Below are positions 23,959 to 35,292 of a stretch of 64,000 nucleotides of DNA, piece after piece. Source of the stretch: Rebecca billardiae RCC1528 (Eukaryota; Protista; Haptophyta). The translations under genes were made by a program, and so were the position numbers. The notes beneath the pieces were generated by a model, which was given only the letters and a program-made list of their open reading frames with translations, did no database searches and was not told the origin of the DNA. Position 1 is the first letter of the stretch, and each line of letters begins with the position of its first letter. The DNA is taken from positions 992,001 through 1,056,000 of the forward strand of contig OZ251233.1 of the NCBI GenBank assembly GCA_965240325.2, given 5' to 3'.

Positions 23959-24420
23959 CTTGGCGCGGCGTGGCACTGGCAGTCGGGCGGTCGGGTCGGG
24001 TCGGGCGGTCGGGTGGGGGGGGGGGGGTCTTGGCGCGGCGGCGGCGCGGCGGCCATGGCCCGGACTGGCCCGGACTAGCCCCGGACTGGCGTGGCAGTCG
24101 GGCGGTCGGGTCGGGTCGGGCGGTCGGGTGGGGGTGGGGGGTCTTGGCGCGGCGTGGCACTGGCAGTCGGGCGGTCGGGTCGGGTCGGGCGGTCGGGTGG
24201 GGGGGGGGGTCTTGGCGCGGCGGCGGCGCGGCGGCCATGGCCCGGACTGGCCCGGACTAGCCCCGGACTGGCGTGGCAGTCGGGCGGTCGGGTCGGGTCG
24301 GGCGGTCGGGTGGGGGGGGGGGGGGTCTTGGCGCGGCGTGGCACTGGCAGTCGGGCGGTCGGGTCGGGTCGGGCGGTCGGGTGGGGGGGGGGGTCTTGGC
24401 GCGGCGGCGGCGGGCGGCCG
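23395..24420 (+). repeat. G-rich higher-order tandem array: 11 subunits GGCAGTCGGG(CGGT/T)CGGG...Gn-TCTTGGCGCGGCG and 5 GGACTAGCCCC linkers
   Basis: Read directly; dense GGG runs give strong G-quadruplex potential. Confidence 0.95.
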
Positions 24421-25923
24421 CCGCCAGCGGCGGCAGCTGGCGGCGCCGCGGCGCGGCGGCGCGCGCGCGGACCGTCGCTGACTATACAGAGGAATCAAAC
24501 AGTGTCGTGCACACTATGGGCAGCCGGTGACTTCCGGGACATGTCCCTACAGAGGGGTAGAAAGCCGCTCAGCCTGGGTATCTGGGGGGTCGCCCCTATG
24601 GGCCCCCTAGGGGCAGGGGGGGAGGGTGCCGTGACACTACAGATTCCTGCAAAAATCACAGGGTACACCGTATCTAGTTGTCGCGCGCGTTCTTCACGAC
24701 TGCTGAATCACGTTGCGCGCGCGCCCCGGCCCGGCGCGTCGCCGTACACGAGGGCGACTGTGAGCACGGGTTAGACTGAGAGGGGAGCACGGCGTCGCCC
24801 GTAGCATATGCCACCTCGCCATCGTCGCAGACTCGCCGCTCGCAGATCTAAGCCTGTGGCTCGTCTCGTCGGTCAGGCAGTCAGGCATCCGTCGAGTGAT
24901 GACTGCGTCAGACGACTGCGCCGCTGCGCGTTGCAGCCGCAGCCATACCGTACATACATACGCTCTCAGCGGGACTACGCGCGAGTTGTTCATCTGCCTT
25001 CTAACGGTGCCGGCACGTGGCGCGACGATTCTGGCGTCATTATCACTTGACGACTCGACTGATCACGACGAGTGCCGTCATCGTCTGGTTCCCCTGAGAA
25101 GTCTTCTGGAATGCATCAGCGACATGCTCCCGCAGCCTGGTCAGTGGTCCAAGCCAGTCACATCCGGCAGCCTGACATGGCTCCGGTCACTGTCCGGGAC
25201 GTCCAGCAGGGGTGCATTCAGACTCTCTGGGGGGGTCTGGGGGGGGGCTCCCCCCAGCCGATCGAAGGACCAAATACGCCTCAATAAGGCCCCAACTCGC
25301 CAGAATTCGCATAGCAGACCGTGTTCGCTGGTGTTGGCTGAGGGCTGCGTCATGCGGCGTCGGCTCTGCGCCGGGCGGCCATGACGCATTACACACAGCC
25401 CCGATATCGGCGCCTCCCTCGCGAGTCAAGACGTAGCGCAGTGCAGGATCGAGCAACGCATTGACCGCTGCGGCGCACCGCGCAGGCCACGCCGCACCTC
25501 AGCACTCGCGAACAAGCTCTGAGCCAGCCAGCTGTGGCAGTCCTCTGAGGAGCTGCAGCCAAGCACGAGCTCGTGCGCATACCCGTGGCACCACGAGCTG
25601 ACGGCGCGGCCCGGGGCGCGAGCAGCTAGAAGCCGACAAGCTCATGCGCACGCCCGCACCGCCGCGAGGTGTGGCCGCCGCGCCGGCGCGAGCAGCTCGA
25701 CGCGGATAGCGCGCAGCTTGCTCGAGTCGACGAGCAGCTTCTCGCCCATCGGTGACTCTCAGTGCACGAAGGTGCACCCGGGGCGCGAGCGCGACAGGGT
25801 GCCGCGGCCAACCAGGGGATGCGCCCGGATCAAGGCCTCCAAGGCGTCTCGTCTCCTCGCCCGCTCGGCGGAGCTCCATCGTGCGAGAGACCGGTCCGGG
25901 AGCCCCCAAAAAAGTTCAGCACG

Positions 25924-26630
25924 ATGGAGTCCTCCGTGTTCGACTGTGACGACGCGTTCAAGGACAAAGAAACATACGAAATCGTCTGCGGCTTCGGTTT
26001 TGAACCTGCGGCTTCGTCCGCCGCCCCGGAGATCTTTCGATTGGTACCCTCATCGCTCCCTGGCTCCCAGGGGTTCGTCTAAATGCACCCCCCCCATAGG
26101 GTCAGTGGACGTCCCTGACTGTGGCTGGAGCCACATCATCCCACATGCCGCGCGGGCAGAGAGGCGCGCTATGCCCACGCGACTGGCTTCCTAGAAGCTG
26201 CCGTGACGGAACGAGTGTCAGCAGTGGACCGCCGGCCGGTGCCGCGCGCCGCACCGCCGGGCCCAATGGCAACCGGAACACCCGGTGGCCGGCGGTGCGG
26301 CCCTAGGCTAGTGCGGCGGATCTATCGCGTATAGAACGACCGGCCGTGACGCGCTCTGCACCACGTACATTCGGACGCGGCAATGAGCAGCATGCACCAC
26401 CGTCCGGCCGTCTCAGGTCGCTGTCGTCGGCAGCCAGCCGGTGCCGGGCACGGTGGCGCCGGGCGCTCGCAGCTGAAGGACCGCGATGGCAAGGATTGAT
26501 TGCCAAGTCGTCAGCCGACGACTGGGAAGTTGAGCCTGATGCTGCCCGCTGCCGATTCGCGGGACGAATGACGAGCAGCCTATGGTCCGTGAACCTGCGT
26601 CAGCTCCTAGAACTCTTCCAGACGTGGTGA
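25924..26630 (+). pseudogene. Possible degraded or captured gene fragments inside element B2
   Basis: Short protein-like segments (MESSVFDCDDAFKDKETYEIVCGFGF...; PRWQGLIAKSSADDWEVE...LLELFQTW) in different frames. No family recognised. Confidence 0.3.
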
Positions 26631-28293
26631 GGATATCCCTCACTGCGAACTCAGCCCTCTCGCGCTGACGCGGCGCGTAGACCTTGCGGCCTGCTGCGTG
26701 CCGCGAGCTATCGGACAGCGCGGCCCGCCGGCCGCGGGCCTTGGGCGGCGGGTCGACGGCTCCAGGCAGCTGCGGAGGACGCGGAGGCCGGTCGCATCCC
26801 GGCCAATGCGTGGGCATCGGCCCGGCGGTTGGGCCCGTCAGCACGTCGGCAAGCGCTCTGATGCCACTCGACTCTCGAGACTGGCTGCCGAGCCGTGTCG
26901 CGCAACCGTGCCCGGCAAGACACGTGGGTCCGCGCCGAGCGTTCACCGGCCTCCGAACCCGCGCACGCCTGCCAGCCCAGGGCCAGGGCACGCGCCGTCG
27001 AGCTGCCCAGTCGCAAGCAGCTCGACAGCCCCGCTGTGTGCGCGCGCCCTGCCGGTCCGTCCGCTGCCCGCTCGAGGGCGAGCACGCGGCGCCTCACCTG
27101 TCGACCACGACAGCGCGCCTCGCGTGCACACTCTGACGGCGAGGCCCGGGATCTGGGCATGCGATGGCACTACCCGCGCCTCCGCCAAGTCTCGGCCTGG
27201 CCGAGGGGTGCAACACCGGCCGAGCCCTCGGCCCGGCGCGCCGCCGCCAGCCTGAATGCGCTGAAAAGCCCCGAAGCCGTGCGCGGCAGGCCTGCGCGTG
27301 CGAGCGGCGATGGGCGTGGGCGGCGTTGCGCGGCGCGAAGTGGGCCAGGGGCATACGTCAGCCTCGACTCCGCCGCGTCGCGCGCGGCCGAGCGCGCGCT
27401 CTGCGCGCGGGGCGCGCGACGCGAGGCGGGCGCTCGCGCACACACACGGCCATCCCATCCGGGAGGCTCCGCGACGGCTCAAGCCCCGCGCCGCCTCCGC
27501 AACCCGACTCACGGCCGCAGGAGCGCCCGGCGCGAGCGGCCCGGCGAAGGTCGGGCCGCCTCCCCTCGTGAGCAACCCGAGTCTTCGTCAGCCTCTGTGA
27601 GCCCGGAGTGCTGCGCAGTCACGAGTTTAGCGAAGCACCCTGAACCCCGTACTACAGTTTACTATGATTTAACGTGCACACTTGGTTAAGGCGTGATATC
27701 TGATGTACTCATTTCGTGTTGTATTGCGTACCCACCTCTTTATGCTATGCACTTGCATATGTATGTGATTAAGGCGACAACCGTCCAAAAACGGACAGAG
27801 ATGAGATAGGCAGAGAGCCTAGAAGTGACGGTTCGTTAGCTCGTACCATTATGAAACTTTACCACCTTGATAACCGTATGATACTGACCAGGGCGGGAAC
27901 GTCGATTCAAGCTACCCGCGCAATACCATATCGCGTCGCTTTGATGAATCTGAGCAGTGAACAGCTATCCAGAGAATTCGTTCGATATCTCACCTTTTTA
28001 TAATCAGTTCAACACACGAATCTTGACTATCAGAAAGGTATCAGAGATGACTTCGTCCAATTTGATTCCGATTTCTTCTATTACTTACTATCCAAGGATT
28101 AAGGAGCAGTACAAACGCAATCATGAGCAGCGAAATGGGGTCTCTATGCTGCGGATTTCACACCTAAATCCACCTACAAAAATCCCCCAAATCCTGCGCG
28201 CATCCTCTTTTTTGATTTTGCGGAGCACGTGCGCCGCCCCCCCCCCGGCTTTCGCTCACGCTCAGACCTTTCGGGGGGGGGCGTGCGCCATTA

Positions 28294-30410
28294 TGGCCCG
28301 CGGTGCAGGGCGGAGCGCGTAGCGTGGAGCCCCACCGGGGGCCCTCACTACGTTGTCAAAAAGATCTTTTGATCAAAGAAAAGGGGACGGGGGACGATTT
28401 TTAGGGTTGTTGGAGGGTGAGTTTTCGATTTTTTGAGGGGTACGGTACAATGCTGTCCATCCCAAGCTTAAAAGGCCGCGCCCAGAGTCATTCCGCGTAT
28501 GTCGTTGGACGGCCGTCACATTGTCAGTAAACGAATCTGCGCCATTGTGGTAATGCCCGGGGCCGGACTCCGCCCAGCACCAGACAACAGTGATCCACTC
28601 CGGACTGGGCGGTCCGGCGATCGCTCCCCGCGATGAGTCTAGATGACCAGTGGACCTCTCGACCCGCAGTCAAACGCCGGCGACGCGGCGCGGGCGCGCG
28701 CGCACTTGTCGCGCAAGACAGATCAGAAATCCTGATTCCTGGACGCGCACGCGAACCGGCTCGGCATGCGGAACGCGTTGATGCGCTTGGGGACGCACGA
28801 CATCGGGCCGTTCTGAAACGACACCGGGCGAAACTCTACCGCCTGCACGCGCGGACCGCAGGCCGCGTGACGACTGCGACACTGCGCGACGCGAAGGAGC
28901 AGGTGCTGGCGCCGCAGATGGCGGTGCGGGCGTTCTGCCCGAGCTGCAACAACCCGCTGCTCTCGGGCCAGGTGCATCAGCGCATCCAGGACCGCCGCTG
29001 CCACGTGCTAACCAAGGTGGTGGGCAAGACACGCGACCGTGTGCGAGCAAGGCGTGCCAAGATGATCGACACGGCGAAGCAGGTGGTGATCGAGGCGCTG
29101 AGCCTGATCATGGTGAGGCGCATCTTCTCGACCTGCCCGACGCGCAGACCACGCAGGCGTCGCTTCCGGGCGCGTGGGACTCGCGCACCAAGACGGTGTG
29201 GCGCGTGGACCCTGTCGCCAAGGCGGTCAACTCCGCCTGGCCGCTGGAGGTGGTCGCTCGCCGCGCCTGGCCAAGCTGGTGCACGAGGGGCCAGCTGATG
29301 GCGGCGGTGGTGCCACCGATGAAGCTGATCTTCGTGCAGCGCAAGGACGCGTCGGGCCCGTTCTCCCACGTGCTCAAGATCGTCTTCCGCGTCGCGACGA
29401 TGAGCGTGGCGGCCCCTCACAACCTGCAGCTGCCGGCGTCGCTGCTCTGTGCGCAGCGCGCGCGCGCGCGTGCGCGCGCGACGGGCACGTGGCGCGCCGA
29501 CCAGCCGTACGGCGCTGACTGTTGACGCACCTCGCGCATGCGCTACCCCGGCCGCGCCGCCGCCGCCGCCGCGCAGGCATGCTCTCGTAGGAGGAGACGG
29601 CGGAGCTGCGCGCACACATGGCCGCGCGCGGCTCTCGGTCGGACGGTCGGCGATCACGGGCGCGCTGCCGGCCCGGCGCGCCGCTGAACGACGAGTAGGC
29701 CGCGCTGGAGGAGTACGTCCGCCGCCGCGCTCCGCCTGCGCGAGCAGCGCTCCGCCGCGCCCGACCCGCTGGCCGAGCAGCTGCGCAGCGACCGCGCCAT
29801 CGCAGAGCAGCTGCAGCGCGAGGAGATGGCGGCACGCGCGGGCGGCGCGCCCGTGACGCTGCACTCGGCCGAGGTCGACGAGGACGCGCAGATGGCGCTG
29901 GCGCTGCTGCTCGTGTGCGAGGCGTGCGACCAGGACACACGCGCGCTGCGCAACGCTGAGCGCCGGATCCGTTTTCGGCGCCGTAAGGTACGCAAGGCGC
30001 TGGCAGCGGAGCGCACCGGGGCGGCGGCGCATGCGCGCACGCGGCGCGCTCGCGGTCGATGCGCGGCAACTCCAACCGCCTCGGCAAGCGCAAGCAGCGG
30101 GACGAGGGCGGCGCCGCGGCGGCGGGTGCGAGGAACAAATCGGACGAGCGCGCCAAGTCCCGACGCATCGCCAACGCCGCCAAGCTGTTCGAGGACATGG
30201 ACGGCGACGAGATCGCGGCCGCGGCGCACGCGGCGGGCAAGCTGGACTGCCAACTTGCGACGCGTCTCTCGCAGACTGCCACTGCCACTGGGCCTGGCCC
30301 ATTATAAATCTTCATACGACATTGAGCAGCCGAGCAGCCGACGGAGGGTGCACCGCGGGCCCCTAACTGCGTTGGTTCTACGGAAGGACCGCGGAACGCG
30401 GTCCGATAAT
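28294..30410 (+). mobile_element. Helentron/HLE2-like family A element, copy A1 (~2.1 kb, both ends present)
   Basis: Asymmetric 13-bp IR GGCCCGCGGTGCA at the 5' terminus (28295-28307) and ~50 bp inside the 3' end (30349-30361). A hairpin GGACCGCG-GAA-CGCGGTCC follows (30386-30404). AT-rich junctions. Confidence 0.75.
28700..30300 (+). pseudogene. Frameshifted remnant of the element-A protein (CxxC, possible RepHel N-terminal DUF6570-like pieces, MIU-like motifs); second remnant at 2600-3760 (-)
   Basis: High-GC3 segments broken by stops and frameshifts: FLDAHANRLGMRNALMRL, FCPSCNNPLLSG, LEVVARRAWP..RGQ..VVP..LIFVQRK, SDRAIAEQLQREE, EDAQMALAL. Confidence 0.5.
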
Positions 30411-32412
30411 TATGGCGCACGCCCCCCCCGAAAGGTCTGAGCGTGAGCGAAAGCCGGGGGGGCGGCGCACGTGCTCCGCAAAATCAAAAAAGAGGGCGCA
30501 GGATTTGGGGGGATTTTTGTAGGTGGATTTAGGTGTGAAACCGCAGCATAGAGATTAGAGACCCCATTTCGCTGCTCATGATTGCGTTTGTACTGCCCCT
30601 TAATCTTTGAATAGTAAGTAATAGAATAAATCGGAATCACATAGGACGAAGTCATCTCTGATACCTTTCTGATAGTCAAGATTCGTGATGTGTTGAACTG
30701 ACCATATATAAAAGGTGAGATATCGAACTAATTCTCTGGATAGCTGTTCACTCCTCACTCTCAGATTCATCAAAGCGACGCGATATGGTATTGCGCGGGT
30801 ATAGCTTGAATCGACGTTCCCGCGCGCCCTGGTAGCAAGAATGGATTGCCACCCGCATTGACGGGCCTGAAAATCTCATGAGCATTGGAATTTCTACCGC
30901 TTCACGCACGACCCTTGATTCTCTCCCATTTAATACCGGCGCGTCCGGGAGAGCTTGACGAATATGAACGATAAACTGGTTCCCGCGCGCGATTCATAAC
31001 CGTATCCTTTCTGATTATGATAGTTGTCTCCCGTTGATTAATACTGCTCATCGCACGGCTTCGCGCGATGATACAAAAGCTGGCCACACGGAGCCTCTGA
31101 GGCGGGCAATGCGTGACGCAGGCACGATCGTTCAATCCGACAAGACTCAGCGCAGGTGCGCGCAGCTGCGCGGCGGGTCCCAACGGCCGTCGCCATCGCA
31201 TTCGTGCCTCGCTCACTCCGCGCGCCCCGCCCTGCCATGCCTCTTCGGCCCAGTGCGTTTTCCAATCGAGCACTCGTCGCAGGATTCCCGACGGCTGGCC
31301 GAGTTGTCGACCGGCTCGTCGGCTCCTCGACTCTGGGTGCGAAAGCGCGTGGCGCGTGGGGGCGAGGCGCGTTTCTCGCTGTATTTCCAGCTGACCATGC
31401 GCGCGCCCGCGCGCGCCACGCCGCACGCCCGCGCAGCTGAACTCTCGGCATGTTCGCGGGAAGTCGCTCGCCCAAGCCCTCACGCTCGCGCCGTCCATGA
31501 CCATGGCCGCGCTGTGATGGCTCCGCGTGCGGAGTGCTGACCGCTCTGGCTGCGCATGACGGCGCGGCAAGCAGCGCGCGCAGATCTGCGGGCGACGAGG
31601 CTGGGCGCCAGTCCTCGCAGCACGAGGCCGAGCGCGGACATCTGTTTTCCTCGCGACGAGGCTGGGCTTAGATCTGCGAGCGGCGAGTCCGCGACGATGG
31701 CGAGGTGGCATATGCTACGGGCGACGCCGTGCTCCTCTCTCGCCCGTGCTCGCAGTCGCCCTCGCGCTCCAGGCCGTCGGCCGACAGCACCCGCGGAGGC
31801 GCCGACGCGCACAGCGGCCCTCGCACTGCATCGATCGACGCGGCGGCGAGGCTGACAGACAAACTGACAAAGGTCGCAATCCAGGGTCTCACGTGCCGTG
31901 GGGAGCTCATTGTGCCCGCATTCGAGGGGAAGACGCTGAGGGCGTGCAAGGAGCGGCTGCTGCGGCTGCGGGAGGTCGTAGACAGGCTCGAGCCGCGGCT
32001 GCTCGCGACGCTCTTTCCCGCCGCCGACCGGCCGACGAGCTGCGAGCTCAGAGCTGCGAGCTCATTCATCCGACGCTGCGCCGATCCCGCCGAGCGCGCG
32101 AGGATGTGCGAGGCTGAGACGGGCGAGCTGCCGAGCGCGATCTCTGCGCTGCGCGCGGCCCCAGCAGGGCTGCCCGAGGCGCACCGGGCGGAGGCGCTGC
32201 GGCTGCTGCGCCGTTGAGTTCGACACGGCGCAGCCCCCCGAGCCCCGTCGATCGCGTCGATTACTCGCGCCCGCGCGCCGGCCGCGCCTCCTGCACGGCG
32301 ACGTGCCGGGCGCGCGCATCGTGATTCGGTGAAGAACGCGACAACTACCAGGGCCGTGCGCCCGCCTCAACTTCGTTGTTTACCACCCGAAGATCGGCGT
32401 AGCCGATCATAT
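30411..32412 (+). mobile_element. Helentron/HLE2-like family B element, copy B1 (~2.0 kb)
   Basis: 5' TATGGCGCACGCCC; inverted GGGCCGTGCGCC at 32351-32362; hairpin GATCGGC-GTA-GCCGATC at 32392-32408, then ATAT. Directly abuts the 3' end of A1. Confidence 0.7.
31672..32217 (+). pseudogene. Protein-like fragment inside B1
   Basis: Open frame ...EVAYATGDAVLLS...AARLTDKLTKVAIQGLTCRGELIVPAFEGKTLRACKERLLRL... with coding-like codon use and no clear start. Confidence 0.35.
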
Positions 32413-32655
32413 ATCTGATGACGATATTACACGCGTCGCGTACACTATATACTGTGACGCGTCGTCGTCGTCTCGGTCTCCAGGCGTCGTTGCACGTAAC
32501 ACGTCGTCGGCGTCGTCATCATCATCGTCATCGCGATCATCGCGCGATGGCGTCAGCAGCATAGTGAGCATGAGACTGAGTGCAGCAGCAGCATCATATA
32601 TAGCAGATCATTGTCGTAACGACAGGCATCAACTAGTAGCTTATTATTCTTATTA

Positions 32656-35292
32656 CACAGTGCAGGATTGGAATTTTCCGTGACGCTTCGGACGGTCCGC
32701 AGCTCGAGTCAGCGAATCCGGTCTCGGCCGGACAGTGGAACTCGGGTGGAAGCCGCGACTTCGCGGCGGACGGAGCCTCAAACGAGCGGTGCCTCGGCTC
32801 GCGGCGCGATCTACTCGGCGAAGACCGACGAGGCTGCTCGCGGGCCCGACTATGCGTCGACGCGGGCTGGGGTCGTCTTCCGCGTGGCGCTGGGCAAGTT
32901 CCTCGCCGCCCTGACGGGTGCTCTCCTTTCGCCCTCACGGCGCGCGCGGTGCGTTTCGCGAGCTTCTTGCATGCACCGCCCGCGGTTGCGCCCGAGCCTG
33001 ATGCTTCAGTCGACACGGCAGGTGGCTCGCGCAGGGTGGGATTGTGTGCGGGTGCCGCTGGCGGTGCGTCTCACCCTCCTGAAATTGTGTGGGAGGCTGT
33101 GACATTGCACGCGTACACCCCGCCACGCCCGCGGCCCGCCCGCGCAAACGCCGCGCCGCGCAGTTGTCTTTGACCTCGAGCGAGCCTGAGGCGTGGAGGC
33201 GACCGACGGCGGGGTGCGACTTGCCCACCGACCCGAGCCGCATCACCCAGCGCAGCCTCGCCCGCGACGACGCTTCGCCTGGCTGCCACTGCTCAGCCGC
33301 GTGCAAGGCGGGCTGGGCGACGTCTCATGCCGAGCGCGGCTGCAGCGCAGCACGCGAGAGGCTGGAGCGCCATGACGCGGATGGCGGAGCGGGCTTTGGG
33401 CTGGCTGGCATGAGCCGCCAGGCTGTACCGTCCGCGCAGATCGCGCTCGGCCCGGCCGCAGCCCTCCTGAGCGCGCGCCTCAGAGCTGAGACTGATCACG
33501 TGCACGCGCACAAGCCACACTGCCGTGGCTGTGTCGAGCAGCTGCGTGTGATCGAGGCGCGGCGCTCGCACGGGCCACGCGGGCGCAGCGGGTGCGCGTA
33601 GCTGGCGCACGCAGTGCCACGTCCTGCCGCGCCAGTTTGGCGGCCGTCCGCCCCCCCGAGCTCGAGTTCTGCGCGCTTTGCGACGGCGCGGCCGGCCGCG
33701 CCCATCTTCATGCTTGGGCACGCCAGCATGGCCGCCGCCGAGCCTGCTGCGCGCGCCGAAGCTGGAGGGCGGAGGAGGGCGCTGGGCTGCTCCTACGGCG
33801 TGCTGCAGCCCGGGCAGGCTTTTCCGCGGCGCGGCGAGGCCGTCGCGCCTGCTCGCCGCCGTCGAGTCGCCCGTGCTGAGTGACCGTCGGCCGCCGCATG
33901 TGCTCGGCGGCACCGCAGGCAGGCGTCCCATACCAGTGTGCTCGAGCCGCTGCGCGCACCCAAGGCGAGCTGCTCGAGCGGGCTAGGTGGGCCCACGGAG
34001 TGCGCGCAGCTGGCGCACGCAGCCCCGCGTCATGGGGTGTCGGTTTGACGGTCGCCAGCCCCCGTGGGCTCGAGCTCTGTGCGCTTCACCACAGAGGTGC
34101 CGACGGCGCCCCGCGGCGCGCAACGGCGTGGCAGCATGGCCGCCGCCGGCGCCGCCGCACATGCCGCCGCTTACGGGCAGTCGAGAGCTTGGGGCAGCAC
34201 CTACGGCATGCTGCAGCTCGGGCGGGCTCTGCCAGCCTGCTGTGGCGTGATCGCGCATTTTCCAGACCGTCGACTCGCCCGCGCTGCATATTTGTTTGCT
34301 GCGCGTGCTCGACGGCGCCGCTGCTGCCGCTACGGCCGCGCGTTGCTGCGTCGCGAGCGAGCCCGATGCGAGCTGAACGGCGGCGTGCTCATCGCTGCTG
34401 GCGCAGATGGGCGCGTCATGGTGGCCACGCACGATGCTGAGTGCTCGCGCGTGCCAGACGAGGCGCGTGCTCGCGCTGTGGCTCAATGTCCGGCAGTGCG
34501 CGTGGCAGGCCGCAGCTGCTCGACAACAGAACCAGCGGGCAGTGATCGGGCTGCGCGCGCGCAGCTGATGGCGGCGAACGAGCGAGCCCGCACCGCCGCG
34601 CAAGGGCTGGGCGACTGGCGCCGAGGTGGCGCGCACGTCGTCCGCTGCCGTTGGCATCGCGGCGGACGCTTCAAGCTCGTTCGGCCGGCGTGTTTTCTCC
34701 GACGCCCACCTGCGAGCGCTGCCGGCACCGTGCTCGGGCGTCAGTATCGGTGGGCTCGAGCACGCGTGGTGAGGCGCTCGGAGCGGTCGACGGCCATGAT
34801 CGGGCAGCGCACGGTGGGCGCAGGCCACGCGCACGCCAGCGCCCCGCGTGGCGTGGCTTCACGGGGCGCAGCCACCAGGAGACTGTGCTGCGACGAGCTC
34901 GGGCGCGCTCGGGCGCCGCTGCTCTGCATTTTCCCGAAAAATCGGTTTTCGTGCCCTCGACCGGCGGTATGCCGCCGGGGTGGCCGCAGCTGCGCTCGGA
35001 GCAGCGCGCACGGGCACCGCCGTGTGCGCCCGCCCGCTTTCGCCGCCGCCGAGCTCGAGCACAGCGCTGCGCGGGGCTGCGTAATGCCAACGGCGCATGA
35101 TTTTTTGCCCGCGCCGAGCGCGCGTCGGCGCGCGCAGCGCGCTCAGGTGTGGCCTGCTACCAAGGTCTGTGCCACGATTCGACGCGCCTATGGTGCGCCG
35201 AATTTAGGCGCACCGCTTCAGAATTGTCCGATGATTCGACTAGTGGTGCGGACAACTTAAAACGTCACCCTGAGCAGTTTTCCGGCACTGTG
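32656..35292. mobile_element. Non-autonomous TIR element with CACAGTG termini (CMC/Transib-like), 2.64 kb
   Basis: Both ends read CACAGTGC(A/C)GGA-N12-GTGACG-N9-GTCCGCA in register. TA on both flanks. Interior has diverged ~410-bp repeats (e.g. 33600 vs 34010). Confidence 0.75.

Larger units (their letters stand above)
20619..24669 (+). mobile_element. 4,051-bp TIR element with 8-bp TSD (Merlin/IS1595-like ends) carrying an AEP primase gene
   Basis: TSD GTATCTAG at 20611-20618 and 24670-24677. TIRs GGTCTATCCTGCCATTTTTGCAGGAATCTG (20619-20648) and GGTGTACCCTGTGATTTTTGCAGGAATCTG (revcomp of 24640-24669) match at 26/30. The flanks rejoin into sequence homologous to the uninterrupted paralog at 32300-32362. 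Confidence 0.85.
20550..28292 (-). mobile_element. Helentron/HLE2-like family B element, copy B2 (interrupted by the primase element and other insertions)
   Basis: 27888-28292 is the reverse complement of 30411-30832. 20551-20611 plus 24677-24765 is the reverse complement of ~32285-32412. 24784-24864 matches 31666-31735. subTIR GGCGCACG(G)CCC; hairpin GATCGGC-N3-GCCGATC at 20554-20570. Confidence 0.65.

Noticed and set aside
20612-24676. Polinton/virophage (6-bp TSD TATCTA reading)
   Set aside because: The 8-bp TSD with GGT termini fits better. There are no AG termini and no integrase, pPolB, ATPase or capsid genes.
22591-24774. Long Pro/Arg/Gly-rich ORFs on both strands
   Set aside because: Stop-free translations of GC-rich tandem repeats.
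24961-27649. Second mariner-like MITE inside B2
   Set aside because: The right end looks TIR-like, but the candidate left end matches too poorly to call.
27888-30832. Single transposon with 420-bp TIRs
   Set aside because: No TSD. Each arm is better explained as the 5' end of a separate family B element with its own distant 3' hairpin.
30827-32354. Fixed cassette-exchange site GCCCTGGTAG...CTACCAGGGC in family B
   Set aside because: Homology between B1 and B2 continues past the 3' site (24677-24765) once the primase element is removed, so that junction is just the insertion point.
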